From positions 11,657,775-11,721,774 of the forward strand of contig OZ316899.1 in the NCBI GenBank assembly GCA_973895155.1: DNA of 64,000 nt, read 5' to 3'. The notes under the pieces are model-generated. The model did no database searches, was not told the DNA's origin, and worked only from the letters and a program-made list of their open reading frames with translations. Shown here piece after piece: positions 38,982 to 52,849 of this stretch. Position 1 is the first letter of the stretch; every line of letters starts with the position of its first letter. The translations under genes and the position numbers were made by a program. This stretch comes from Marsupella aquatica (lineage: Eukaryota > Plantae > Marchantiophyta).

Positions 38982-40559
38982 GTGAGCTTTGTACTCTCGC
39001 TTTATCTTTGGGAGGTGTCATGATTGCCCTTAGGTCACTTAACGTGCAAAATAGGCTGAGCCTTAATTTGTCCACAATGTCCACGCGTAGCTCATTCCTC
39101 CAGTCATTCACGTTAGGAGAACCTTCATGTGCGAAGGACCCCATCTCCGTTGCATCTCTGCCTTCGATGTCTTCTGTGATTTTAGACGATGTTATTTCGA
39201 TGAGATCGGTTCTCAACTTTCTTTTGCCCTTGTAAGTTCGAGATACTGGGCGCTTCTAGAATCCAAATGATATGGCAAGGGGTGAGGTTGCCGCTGGTGG
39301 GTGATGGTTTTTTTAATCTGCACGCTCTCTTTGAATCGACTTAAAGCATATAGGTCATCCTCACAGTTGTAGGACAGATCGTTGGGCAATCTGATGGACC
39401 AGAACTTAAAGCATACTTCAAAGGTTCCGGAAAGGGGCCCCCTGGGTGGGCTGGGAGGGTGAGAGGGTGAGAAGTGTTGGGGGTGTAAAGGCTGTTTACG
39501 ATAATGAGATTTTGCTACTGGCTGAAATGAAAGGGATTGACTGGGTCGTGCACGTGCCGACCTTCTCCGCTAAGATTTAGAAAGAAAGTTTTTCCCAATA
39601 GGTTTGTAGGCTTTAGTAGAAGGACCCCATTGGAGTTGAGGTAGGGTCTTGAGGAGACTACCGTGTAGGGAGGTTCTTGGGTTCAAGTCACTGGTCGTAG
39701 ATTGTATCTTTTCTTGAGCACCATTCTGTCCTTGCTGCTCCGGTGTGTGTTAGAGCTTTGGTGCAGGTGCCTGAGTAGACGTTAGGAATGGTGAGAGCCA
39801 CAGCAGTCGCAGTCTCAGGTGTATGGTCGTTTGCTTCTCTGGGATACATGTGTGTACGAAGCGGGCAGGGGGTTTTGAGGACTCTCTGAGAGCCTGCGGG
39901 TCTTGTGTGTTGTCAGTACGAGGAGCGATGAGGACTCTAGAGAATTGAATACGATCCATCTCCGCACTTTGTACGTTGGTGATGTCATTGCAAGGAGCTC
40001 CATGTCAGACCTCATGGGAGTCGCACATCTTTCGATTTTGAAATTGAGAAGGTCAAGATAAATACTGGATGTCCTGGTTGCCTTCCAATGCGACGCTGAA
40101 GAAGCTTTTGCTGAATCTCCATCCGAAGTCAGGAACTCTGATGGAATGTCTACATTAAAGTACGTGTCCGTTCTTCTTCCTTTTTGCTTGATTCTGCAAG
40201 TAAATCTGGGACGAAATAATCTAATAGAAACACTCCATGGAGTGGTGGAGGGTTTGAATTTTTTGATATTCAGATTTTTCCCGTTTTGGTGCAGGGGAGG
40301 ATGCGAGTGTGGGATGAAGGTGGGTGGGGAAGGAGGATCAGGGGGTCTGGGACATGAAGAGTTGATTGGTGGAATTCGATTGGATGTTGGAACTTTGCAT
40401 GGTAAAGAAGAGATTCGTAGGCAAGTCTTGAGGTTTAAGGGAGAGGTTACCCGGGGGAATGATTGCAGCAGAAGAAACGGATAGAATAGAGAACCGAAGA
40501 GGAAAGAACAAGCTCTGCAAAAAGTCTTCCAGGGTGTTAACTGTGTATGTACCTAATAT

Positions 40560-41660
40560 GTCTTAGTGCGCACTGGTGATTGCGGAGATCACTTTGTGAC
40601 AAGGCATGTGGAGTGTGTAACCTGGATTGCGATGACAGTGCACCACTTCATGATTTGGAGCAGAAAGGGTGCTATCATCGTAGGGTGAATCTAAGTTATG
40701 TGGGCTTAAAGTGGCAGTTCAAAATGGATGGGTACGCTATTTTGCTTGCATTTCACATTTGTCACATTCAGATGACCTGGGAATGCATGAGGGGGGTGGG
40801 GAAGGCATGGGAATCCATCGAACATCATATAATACATTTGCTGACAGTAGCTTCCAATCCCTAGAAAAGCGCAGGATAATGTCAATTAGCTACTGGAGTT
40901 TGTCTATCAATACTTCAGAGCCTCCAAAGTCCAAGTAACATCAGTTCAGGAATCTACTTTCAATTTCTATACCGAGACCACTTTTACCGACATCCTCCAA
41001 ACGCTGGCTGATGAAGGTACTGAACAAGGTTGGAGTGGAACAAGGTTGGAGTGGAAGGGTAATCCTTGGCCACACCCTGATCTATGTCAAGCATTTTGGG
41101 CCTCTCAATTCGCCAGACTACAGCTCCAAGTTTTCTGAAACAGAAGCTCAACAAAATGCCACTATTTGCTCTTTAGGCAGATTGTCAAAGTTTTGATAAG
41201 AGACCATCTCGCCAAACCGTTTCTCATTCTCTTTTCGCAAGAAAGAGATGCAAATTATCGGCAAGTGTCTTCCTTGAACAATCTGGCGAGGATGAAGATA
41301 TGAAAACACAAAGTGGTTATATCTGAAAACCACTTGACCTTCTAGAACCACTGTACGACGAGGGACAGAAACAGTTTGGAGAGAAGAATGAATCAAAGAA
41401 TTTTATGTTAAGTTACAGATACCGAATTCGGGTAGCGGGCAGAGTATATGAGAAGGCCAAAACGCTAGTAGGAACAGTAAGAAAACCTGCCAAATGAATA
41501 GACAAGCGAAAACCAATAGTTTAGAAGACTAGACACTGTGTCGATGGTTGCTCTAGCCTGCAATGGCAACACAGGTCTGGTCCAAGAGTGAAGTGAGAGG
41601 AAAGTTTCAACGGGCACCGAGTGAATTGGCAGTGGAGAGGACTGTAGTGATGCAGTCTTC
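40560..41660 (-). mobile_element. Highly decayed non-LTR (RTE-like) RT remnant in the intron
   Basis: Reverse strand near 40950-41080 gives GV..G..PTLFSTFIS, resembling the RT motif QGxxxxPTLF. No open frame remains. Confidence 0.35.
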
Positions 41661-44469
41661 ATGTGAGCAAGTAATGGTTAGTATTGCGCATATTACGTTG
41701 ATGGCGTAAGCTGTCTTCGTGGAGAATTGTGGGTCTCCCGCGTCTGTTTTTATCTATAAAGTATCTGCCAACCTCGATTGCAAGTTTTTAGAGCCTACGC
41801 AGAAGAGGAGTTTTTGACTTCTTCGCCACACTCTCACGTTGCCTGGACTGCGCGCTTTGGGACCTGTTTGGTCAAAATCTCTTCATCTGCTGTAGGTTGC
41901 ACGCGACTTTCTGGATGCTATAGATCCGGAGCAGCACCACCTCTTGCAGGACACTAGCGCAGGTGTCATTGTTTGATGTTCACAGACATTTCCCAAAAAG
42001 GCACTTAGATTCTGCAGAGAAACAACCTTCATCCTTAACGATCAGAGGTACCTCCAGTGCAACGTCATCTAGAGCTTCAACTGCATACCTACGTGCTTCT
42101 GTACCATTTCTGCTGGAATATGACTGCATATACATACATGATGCTCGTATGCCCGCGTCCTATTGTTCTTTGGTACGGTCCACGTGCACTTTCATGCCTT
42201 ATTTCTTTCTTCATTTAATGCAGCCAGAAATTCTGCACAGTTCAGCAGTTGTGCTTGGGATGACAATGATATGTCATTTTCGAGAATGGCAATCGCAATG
42301 GAGAGACACCTAGGGCGCCTCGCATGGTCCTCAATCATACCTTAAGCTGGTCGATGAAAATCCTTACTCTACACAAGTATTGGGCAACCCTCTTCATGCC
42401 AATTGTCTAACTGGTAAACAGTAGAACAGAGCGCTGACTCGGAGCACTGCTCTGCAAAGCCTGGAGTGGAATTATGTGATTCGTTGTGCTTTAGTTCTTT
42501 CAGAAACCTGCCTGCCGTAAGGCCCTTAGGCTATTTTTTTGAGCCCTTTTCTTAATCTGGTATTATGCTGAACCATTGCTCAGGGGGAATCTTACCGTAA
42601 CGTTCGAGTATAGGAGAGGAGGCGATCCAAACCTTTCTTGAGGTTGTGAAAGCTTTAAATAATGCTTGGTTGAGAATTGCAGCAATACGAGGAGCAGGGC
42701 AACCCCTTGCCGATTGTGGGCGATCCTATTTGGAAGCTTTGATGGCTCGGACCTGGTGCAGCATCAATAGACCGGAAGGAATATTGATAGTGGTGAAAAT
42801 ATGTTCATAGGACAGGCGGCCACGGATCTGCTATAAGTATATTTTTGTGGACATTGCAGGTTGGTAGAGTGACGATGTTGACAGCTCTTCTGTAGATAGT
42901 TTCTTTTTGCTTTCCACCTAGATTCCCGAGCAATAGTGGTCTTTTTCAACGCCAAGTTCTTGAAGAACCGGGCCTATTAAGTGAAAAAAAACATCTAGCT
43001 TCTATTCCCTTGTCCTGGGCTGACATCATCCTCTTCCCAGGCATGTCGCCACCAATCATCTGTCACCAATTAGAAAGTTGGGTTCTTGTGTCTATACAGT
43101 TTGCCCCAATGATCCGCCATCACCATTCTGCTGAGAAGGAGAAACGAGTGAGGGCAAGGACAGGAGTCATCTTTGTAGACGATATTGGGCGGGGGTCGAT
43201 GTAAAAACTATGAGTGCAGATGATGAGTGTAGAGGGGAGGTTAATGGTTCATGTGCGATGAGGAATCCCTGAGAAGGCATCTGACAAGAACTTGTCGAGC
43301 AAACTTGGGATCTAGAAGACAACCTTCACTTTTCCAAATTTCGACCGTTTACCCACTGCTCTAGCATCGGTAGTCCACGGGCCTGCTTTCGTTTAGATGC
43401 CCTCATGAAGGCACTATCTGTGAGAGTAGTATACAATGCAAACAATAATGTAAGTAGTTTGCGTTAAATCTTGGGTATCCACATTGAAGCTCATCTTTAC
43501 AGGACTGTCTGACACAATTTGAACATCGTCAATTGAATTCGTGTCAATTACTCTACCTGATCCAAGTTTAGTAAAGTCACTCATTAACCGATTTTGACTC
43601 AACCGGCTTAGAATGACTACATGGCTTGTTCTTCTTCGAACAGATAAAAATTGCAAATCGTAGTTCGGAACCAACTGTGTATACGTATAGTAATACCACC
43701 CACAAGCCTTTTTCGCAAGTGGCCAGTAGCGGACTTGAAGGGCAGTGCAATTTATGTGGTCCCAGCTCTAAGATTTTGAACGTTGGCATAATTTCCAGAC
43801 CATTAGTACATGTTACCACTATTTCACATGGTGCCTTGGTGTGATTCCCCGTTCTTTAGTGATTGCAGATTCCGCTCCCGGGGATCGCCATCTAATTGCT
43901 CGACTGCAGAAAGTATCTTCTGATCAAAAGGCTTTTCTACGACAGATTTCACTCCATCTTCTTGGTACAAAATTGCCGTATGAAATCAATTCCTATGACA
44001 ACGATCCGTGACTACAGATTCAAGGTAATTGTCATAGCACGCAGGCCAGTGCGACCACTCTCACGGCAATCACGGATGGCGCTCTCCTTCAGCTATTTCA
44101 GTCTCCACTTGTGAATAATCCTCTTCTTGGCCTCACAAAACCTTTATCTTCCCAGCCAGCCCACAAAATGTGCGAAGGTGTTGGGAAGCACCAGTGTCTG
44201 TTTGATGGGTTTAAACCCTTCTATAGCAATTAAAAATGCATGGAGAATTTCTTGTCGAACAGAGATGCTACTGTTCTTCAGCCGTTTCACTGTCCACTCG
44301 TAGTAATACCCCTCTTGACTTTCCGTGGAAACTCTGTGTTCCCATTGAGCGCCAATTTCATCAGTTGAAACCCTTTTACTGCAAATAGAATCAATAGATG
44401 AACTTCATGTCCAAAAGCCGTGGGACCAACGATTTATCAGAGTATATGTTGGTCTTCTCTTGTTGATAC

Positions 44470-44940
44470 TTTAGGTTTAAGTCTTTTGAAAAATATTTGC
44501 TTCACTGAATGCTTTTGATAAGGCCATGTACTTAGCTTTGCTGGACAATCCTACAGATTTCTGCTCTCCTATGCAATTGCTCATATGAAAAAGACGCAAT
44601 GTATCAAGCCGTAACTTTCCTGGGACACTTTGAGCCAGCCGTCCTTCCAGCCTTATGAGATTTTCACTTGATAATGATTGCTGGCGAGGTTTGATGACAC
44701 CTGAGAGGTTGACCATTTTTTTCTAGTACAGTCATTGCCATCAATATTCTTTTGTCGTTGCTCGGGATAAGGTATTGACTTCCTGCTAAAGAAGGACTCG
44801 CAGAATATGCCATTTCGCCGCTGAATTCTGACTCCTTATTGCACCTGGATTTAAAAGACTCAGTTTGCCTCTTTCCCTCTGGTACACGCCAAACCTGGAC
44901 ATGCAAATTCAACAGGTACACCAAAAAGGGCATTTTGAGG
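44470..44940 (-). mobile_element. Decayed copia RT/RNase H remnant in the intron
   Basis: EQKSVGLSS-KAKYMALSKAFSEA resembles the copia RNase H motif KQ.SVALSSTEAEYMA. Confidence 0.55.
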
Positions 44941-47537
44941 AGATGATCTGAGTGTAGTTATTACAACTTTAATGGCCGGAGTTAGACAGTTAGAAGATGA
45001 ATGAGGGCTGGTACTCCTGAAGTGAAACACTTGGCCCTGGGTATCACACTGACGCCGATGCGACTGGTTAGTTATACATCGAATTGTTGGGTGTCAGTTT
45101 TCTTATGGAGCATGGTCGTTATGCTCTCTGTATAGCAGGTGTAGGTGTTCGACTGGAGGTGTTAACTGTAAAATTATGAGATACAAATTACAGTACTTGA
45201 ATGCTCAGTAATGAATTAAAGGAATCAATTTTAGTACACAATGTGTCTAGATTAGGGTCAGAAACATACTTGATGGCTATGTCTGTAAACGGGTAACACC
45301 AGAACGGGATGTATGCGCGTCCCTTCGTAGTGACTCAGTCCGTGTGCTAGTCAACAATAGATTTAACTAAATTAGATTGAAAACTAAGTAGGTGCTAAAC
45401 AAGTAGCCGTAAACTCGTAACGTCAGCAAATTCGACAGCAATGTAGGATTAATCTGCAATATGGATCCGATGAGACAGGAGCAGATACTCCTCTTCCACG
45501 AGTTCTGTCCTCCTTGAGAACGTTTCTGGACACAATGATTTGGTAGTCTTCTTTCTACTGTCTTCAGTTGGCCTTTGCGTTGTCAAGATCCAACGACGAT
45601 GGACTCTTCGGGCTCATGAATCTTTTGGCAATGATCCATGTGGAGAAGTGCACAAGCTTTACTTCCAAGTGGTCTCGGACACTACGATCTGTTTGCATTT
45701 ACGTCAGAAGGTGTTTAACCTACTTTAGTTAAGAGTTCTATACTAAGGATAGTTTGCTTAGTGGATAGGCTTTCCCCAAGAAATTCTCTACAGATCCGAC
45801 TGAAATAGCGACGGGAGCATTTTCCACACCAGTGTCTCATTATTTTTTCTAACTACCGACTCTGTTTAGAGTTATCTGGAAAAATATTTGGTGTCAGATC
45901 CAGTTATTTTCGCACATTGACCTAGCCAGTTTTATGTTCTCCACTGTAAGATCTCGAAGATCTTTTGTGTTTGGCTAGTCTGATTCTCTCAAAGTGTATT
46001 GTACCACCTTCCCTTCTGGAGCCCTTCCAATCAGTGCTAACGTTCAAAATAGTTGCATGTTCAATTGCACTGGGCCACGAATCTCTGTTACACTGGAGCT
46101 ACCACTTTCAGAATTCTAGGCGTTCTTAATATTAGGAAAGAAACAGATTTCAGCAGGCCTTGAACGGACTTATTGAGGCTAAAAGATATGACGCACACCA
46201 CCTCGAACCTGCCTTAGGTCGAAGAATCACCTCTCTACGTTCTAGATCTTTCTTGATTCTGTTATTTAGGTTCCTAGAGTAGAGATTGCCTGATACACTA
46301 ATCACCTCATGGCCCTATCAGTTGCTATAGAATGAAGGACGAACTTAATATACCTTTGCTTCGAAGCCAGTGACCGATTGGACTTCTGACATTGACTACA
46401 ATGGTGAACAAGCCCATGTCTCAGCTATCAAGTAAGTCACTGGAAGTAAAATTTAGTCATAGGCAGTACAGAAGTGTAGTCGGTGTTGGTCCAACGAGAA
46501 CTTGATCTGTTCTAACAGACGAGGATGCAACATTCTTCCATACCAACTTAGCTACCCGGCGCTGCTATTGGCATAACAACCGGTCCACCATAGGTTTGCA
46601 ACCTTAATAGTAAAGGAGCTTAGTTCCTGATGGAGGGCTCTCGTAGCAAATCTTCGAACAGGGTCAAATAAACTACCGATACTTTCCGTAGTATTGACAA
46701 ACAGGGCAAAATTATTTCAATGCCCGTTAAACCAGAAATAAAGGTGGCACTCCTGCAGTGCGTGGGTAGAAATGTTCTCTAGCAGCCAGTTACAATACCA
46801 CTTTCATGTCTAGCACATAGACCATCAAATTGAGCAGTCTTGGACAATAACCGCATTTTATACTGAATCTGGTTATGATCGTATGCCATAACCTCAGCCT
46901 ACCAAAGTCCCGTATTGGCAAGGACCATTTAGCGTTTCTATATAAATCATATTTTAGATGGCCTAATGAATTGACTTGAGAGGAAAATCTCAAAAGAGGT
47001 TGTTTTATGTGACAAATTGCTGTAACTTTGCAGCTGAGGTCTCAACATGTCGGTCGTCTACAGTCTTGAATCAAATATATATTTGGCCAGTCTACTATGC
47101 GAATATTGGGAGGCGAATATAGACTTTTCTCTGATTGCTGGTACCGCTGTTGAACCCAAGGATTTAAAATCTGCATCGGGTGAACACAAGGATTGCAACG
47201 GGATGCCCCCTTTGAAGCGATTGCGTCTGAAACATAAGAAATAATGTTGCAGTCTCACAGTTGGTTCGAAATGAACTTATATTTGGCGTTTTAGTTCGCT
47301 ATCGTTGTAACTACATACGGAATGCACAAGTCGACTATTGTTGCTCTTGTCCGCCTTATCGTTGATCGTCTTCCAGTGTTTACAACAGTTACCAAATCGG
47401 TTATGTAGGATGTGGGATTATCAGGAGAATTTCACATTATTGAGCTACTACAGACGGGTCTAACTTTCGTTTTGTCAAACTTCTGGTGGCTAGAATGTGG
47501 TCCTCATGGAGTCTTTTGTGGAAATTGCCAATTGCAG

Positions 47538-48760
47538 GAAGTCAGAGCCAGGTGAAACATGGGGATGAAGACTGCCATGAAGGAAATGACAAAAGATCTC
47601 TTAATCTGTTGAAAAGTCATAGCCCTTTCTCTGACACTGACTGTGTCAGTAGCATCCAGCCACTTGAGTTTCGGCAAAGTCTCCAATCTGCTGGAAATGC
47701 GGAAATGGGGTTGCCCACTTCAACTGTCATTAGTATGCATACAGGCCATGAGAAGCCGACCAAACCTGCAAAGTGGAGAGACATGAATGTAATTCAACTC
47801 CCAGAATTGGATTACAAAAACACCAGTGTCATCGATGACTCTTTCAGATCCACTGTGGAGCAGCATAATGATAGTGCAACGACAGTGCATAACAGCTGTT
47901 TCACAGTCGAAAGGAATAGTTCTGTTCTGAATATGCATGGAAGTCCTGTTACCACGAAGTCTGAGCCCATTGTAAAGGAAACGGGCCTCATCCTGGCAGC
48001 TGGAAGAATATGCAGACACGAAATTTCTGGAAGAGATGGAGAAGAAATGCTTGTCGACACTAAGCAGAAACAAGGGCAGGGCTTTGAGAATTTGCCTCTT
48101 TCCCATAATCTTTTCAGTGGTATCCAATCAAATCATACTTTCAAAAGCAGTCGTTATTCTGAATGTTCTAAAGACGGTAATGGACAGTCGCATCCTCATG
48201 ATGGAGACGATGACTGGGAAGCAGTGGCTGATGCAATCTATATGCAAGGTGCTACATCAAAAACTGACGATGCAACCGAGTTGGTAAGTGGCGAAAATGC
48301 TGATTTGCTTGACAGAAATAGGAAACTTTCGGCAACAAAGGAACAGAATGGTGCGTTGCAGCCAGAGTATAAATACAAGGCAGGTGGACTGGGGGGACGG
48401 ACAAGAGCTATGGGTGGCAGGGCGTGGAGACCTGATGATGCAGCAAGGCCACCTACTCTTCCGAGGCTTTCCAAACAGCACAGCTTCTCTCTCTTGTCAA
48501 CCCCACCAGCCTGGAGTGAATTGCATGACAGTAGTTTTTGGGGTCCACCTCCTGCTCCTTTGTTTTGTCCAATTTGCACCGAAGAACTGGATCTGACGGA
48601 CTCTTCCTTTGTTCCTTGTTCTTGCGGTTTTCGACTTTGCCTTTTCTGTCATCATAGAATTGCGGCAGACGACGGCCGTTGTCCTGGCTGCCGAAATACT
48701 TATAACTCTGATGTAGCCGTGAAATTGTCCCGTGCATCTAATCTTTGGCTCGATATCTGA
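47538..48760 (+). CDS. Host RING gene, coding exon 3; NOT4-type C4C4 RING E3-ligase-like protein (~499 aa spliced)
   Basis: TTGCAG acceptor in matching phase. Motifs DDWEAVADA, RAWRPDDAARPPTLP and CPICTEELDLTDSSFVPCSCGFRLCLFCHHRI...CPGCR. Confidence 0.92.
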
Positions 48761-49109
48761 TTACTCAGAGATGGCGACTAGAGGGTTAGATATGATCACA
48801 CGTCACAATCCCTATTTGACATTTATTTCTATGCTAGTGTAAAAACTGTTTCTTAACTGAGCAAATGGCTGTACATTTTTGTATGAATTTGACGTGACTG
48901 AGAAGTCCGCCAAGTGCTTCAACGAGTGTCTTGTTTTGTTTTGTTTTTCCATAATTATGTTTACAGCGGACCTAGGGCACTGTCGCTCGTAATGTGGACT
49001 TCCTGGCCGTTGCTTAGACGTTATGAACCGTTAGAGTAGCTCAAACTGAACCCTGTTAATAATCATGGATTAAAGCAGAAACCTACCCTGGGCAAGGGTT
49101 AGGGTGCTC

Positions 49110-49510
49110 ATGTTATTACACAGAACGGCTCAAAATGGGTCTACATCTCTTATTAACATTCTGATGTTATTACACAGAACGGCTCGAAATAGTGTATGCA
49201 TCTATCACTACATGAAGATTAAGATGGCTCTTCCCACAACCCACTAAGTATTTCTCTTGCTATACCTAGAGTAAGGAAAGATGTTGTCTCAAAATAGTGT
49301 CTGCATTATTACTACATGAAGATTAAGATGGCTCTTCCCACAATCTACTAAGTGTTTCTCTTGCTATACCTAGAGTAAGGAAAGATGTTGTCTCAAAATA
49401 GTGTATGCATCTATTACTACATGAAGACTAAGTCACTAAATGTACTAAGATTTAGAAACCACAACCCACTAAATGTTTCTCTTAGACCTAGAGGACTGAA
49501 AGATGTTGTT
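49110..49510. repeat. Local tandem duplications (~105-bp unit x2-3 plus a ~27-bp duplication)
   Basis: CTACATGAAGATTAAGATGGCTCTTCCCACAA...CCTAGAGTAAGGAAAGATGTTGTCTCAAAATAGTGT is repeated. Confidence 0.8.
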
Positions 49511-50789
49511 GGGCATTTTTCAACAATGATTGGGGTGCTAGTTATTTGTTGTGTAATCATTGTTCAAAAAAACATGTGGGATACTATAAACAATGTTGTA
49601 ACATTGTGCTTCTCATACTGACCAGTCATCATTGCATATCTGAGTATTACATGTTGAATTATTGCCTTGTATTTTTCCTTGATTGCATCACTGACTATTC
49701 ATTGTATTTTCAGTGTTCTTTCATTGCTACAATAATATGAAATGATTTCATGGTGTTTCATGGTTGTCAGATCACTGTCATTTCATCATTAGTCAAATGT
49801 TACATCGGCCTAGAATCAGCAAGTTTGAATTGTTAAGTAAGCACGGTTTCATTGAAAAATCATTGTCCCCTCAATGCTTATTCATTGTGTTTGCAACAAT
49901 TGAATCACCATGTTTCCATTTTTAATTAAACATATTTACATATGTAAATCATTATCACTTCAATGCCCTCTCATGGGCTTTTCAATGATCAATCATTGTT
50001 GCTTGATTGTTGATATGTTTACAGCAATTGTCATATCAATGTCATTTCATCATGATTACATCATTGTTATTTCATTAGCATTTGATCATTTCCTTGTTAT
50101 TTCACTGCCTCTTTGACATCCATTCATTATCATATCATATCATTGATTCATTGCTATTTCATCACCATTTCATAGTTTCCTGGTTATTTAGTTGCAGCCT
50201 CTTCAACAATTCTTTCATTGTCGTTTCAGCTATGGATCATTGTACTTGCATCATTCAAAAGTGCTGCTCTGGTCACAGGTTGAGATTTAGGGTTTAGGAT
50301 TTGAGTGAGGGTCATTGATAGTTTGAAGTTGACATCATTTTGGGGGTCAAGGACCCATGTCTAAATTCTATAGACTTAAACAAAAGCTGGTTCCAACAAG
50401 CAAGGTGAAATCAAAATAGGGATTGTATGGTTTCCTTGTAGACCACACAACCTGCATTTCAATCAATAATGGTACATAACACGGTTAAATAATTACCATA
50501 TATGCACTTATGGGACAGAACTTAAGAAACCTCCCTTTTCTGGCTTACAGATTAATAAATGTAGTTTATAATAGAAAATAGTTCAAAGCAAAGCTCCTCG
50601 GGCAAAACTTTTACTGGTCCTCTCTCAAAGTCTTCCTATTTTTGAGCTGGGCTTCTTCCTTGTAATTGAGGAAGTTAAGAACTAATCCAACAATGATTAC
50701 ACATGCAGTCTTTGTAAATACTGCACTTTGCATGGCTCCTGCACTCGCTAGCTGACTAATAACCACTAAAGTCTAGACTACACCTAGTG

Positions 50790-51978
50790 CTTTACATGGC
50801 ACGTTCTCAAGCTACTACTCGAAGAGATTCGTGAATGGTGTTCGGAACAGGCACACACACTATACTTGATCACTGGACATCAGTATAACCTCCTATGGAT
50901 GATCGACTCCATGTTTGAGTTTGTACTTAATCTCCCTACAAAAATACACAGCCTGTTTGTGGCAGACATCACTCGATGTTATGAAATGATACCGCTTACC
51001 GGGGATGCTAACCTCCCGAACGCCCTCCAATACATTGTGCGCAAAGCATTCCTCCACCATCGGTCAAAGTCCAGAACACAAAATATCTGGGTACACTTCA
51101 ATACATCTTCTGGTCTCGCGGATAAAGCTCGCTGGCATCAGCACTGCCCTGGTACGGCCTGCTGGATTGAGATGACACAAGATCGATTCCTCGCTCTACA
51201 AAACTGGCTCATTCAACACTGCATGGTTTGCCTTGGCGACAGGGTATGGAGACAAAAGTTGGGCATCCCAATGGGATTTTTGTATTCACCACTATGGTGT
51301 AACCTATACTTCATGGCCTATGAAATTCAATTCATGCTACGCCTTGCCAAACTTCAGCGCTATGACCTGATGCAACACTTTCAAAATACATATTGATATA
51401 TAGATGACTTCTGTTCACTCAATAACACTGAGATCCACAAATTTCTCCTGACAAAGGCACACCGGACCAGAGATAACCCAATCTGGATATATCCATTGGG
51501 CATTGTGGAAATCAAAGTGGGGCATGACACCACTCTACCTGGGCTCGCCCATTGGGGAACTAAGGGGCATTTCTTGAATGTACAAATGGAGATCATGGAC
51601 ACTGTACTTGGAACGTTCACTACAACCAAATATGACAAACGACGTAGCCTACCATTTACATTCCGACAATATATTCAGTTCAAGTCTAACCGTCCAGTAC
51701 AAGAGGCCTACAACATCACCATTTCCTAGATGATGTCGATCCTCTATATGGCCAGTTCCCATATATTAGCCATCATGGAACTGGACATCCTAGCTACGAC
51801 ATTGGGAACAAATGGGTTTGCAATACCTAGAATCTACCGGTTAATACTTCGCTACTGCCACAATGAAACCTTGCCTGGGATTAGATTCGATCTGCAAGCC
51901 CTCATCAAACTCCTGGAGACCAGAGCATTTTACAATCATCCAAGCAGGACCAGAATGCATGGCACATCTAGCAACTAG
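50790..51978 (+). pseudogene. 5'-truncated Penelope-like element RT (Naiad/Chlamys-type signature)
   Basis: One frame with two stops: LWMIDS, ADITRCYEMIP, RQKLGIPMG..SP..CNLY..YE, *YIDD, IYP, FLNV, YDKRR..PF, SNRP...Y...S*. Confidence 0.8.
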
Positions 51979-52054
51979 ACCCACATGTCTGTATGACCAC
52001 TCCACACTGGACTGATGGAAATAAAGCGCATTGCCCCCATAACGAGACTGTGCA

Positions 52055-52134
52055 CATTGTGGCTTGATCATAATTGGATCTGTTTGTGAGATATCATTGT
52101 GGCTTGATCATAATTGGATCTGTTTGTGAGATAT
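52055..52134. repeat. Perfect 40-bp tandem duplication
   Basis: CATTGTGGCTTGATCATAATTGGATCTGTTTGTGAGATAT x2. Confidence 0.95.
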
Positions 52135-52304
52135 CCTTATCCTTAGGAGACATCCGTCACCAACACTACGATTTATCTTTATTTTGAACTTCTATCTTTA
52201 GCCGACATCTCACGATGGATGGTGGACATGATCAGTCTCATGTGGGTCAAACAGCACCCTACCTTAAGAGAGCACATATGGAGAATTTTGATAACAAATC
52301 AGGA

Positions 52305-52386
52305 GAGTATGGTATGCACTCCCTTCTGGGGTGAGTGCATACCATACCCGGATGGGAGTGCCTCTACCATGGGTATATGGTGGAGG

Positions 52387-52432
<46 letters not shown>

Positions 52433-52849
52433 ACAAAAGAAAATCGAATTACCCACTTTAAATCAGTATTATAGAAATACCTCAAAACCAATGTACGGAC
52501 ATGTTTATACATATAAAATATAAGTATTTTTTACTTACACTTACATTTATGCACATAAATAAATATACTAATTTTCTGACACATGCACCACCATTCGATC
52601 TTAACGCTAAGAGATGTTAGTACATCTACCACTCAAATAAAATACCCTAGATCTGACGGTCACCATAGGGATTCGGACCCCACAAAGAAAACCTAAAATA
52701 TCTCAGGACCTACGCAACCTTCTTTAAAAGCGCATTGTTCACTCTCTACAGTTATTCTCTTGGCACAGCACTCTGGTATCTTGCACTGACGCACTTTCTG
52801 ACTGCACATCATTTCCAATGTTCTGTTCACACACTGCACTATGTGGGCC
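52305..52849. repeat. Direct repeat copy 1: two hairpins, (CT)n, then a ~420-bp AT-rich block
   Basis: Matches 54824-55393; near-identical downstream of the (CT)n tract. Confidence 0.92.

Noticed and set aside
39000-47400. Numerous short ORFs in the intron, and antisense shadow ORFs over TE genes elsewhere
   Set aside because: They are short, motif-less or overlap better-supported frames.
47486-47537. ORF-track start of the RING protein
   Set aside because: Non-ATG start lying in the intron before a TTGCAG acceptor. The conserved N-terminal exons are at 38.5-39.0 kb.
47538-48760. Naming the gene NOT4
   Set aside because: The RING is C-terminal and there is no RRM, so it is the related plant RING family rather than NOT4 itself.
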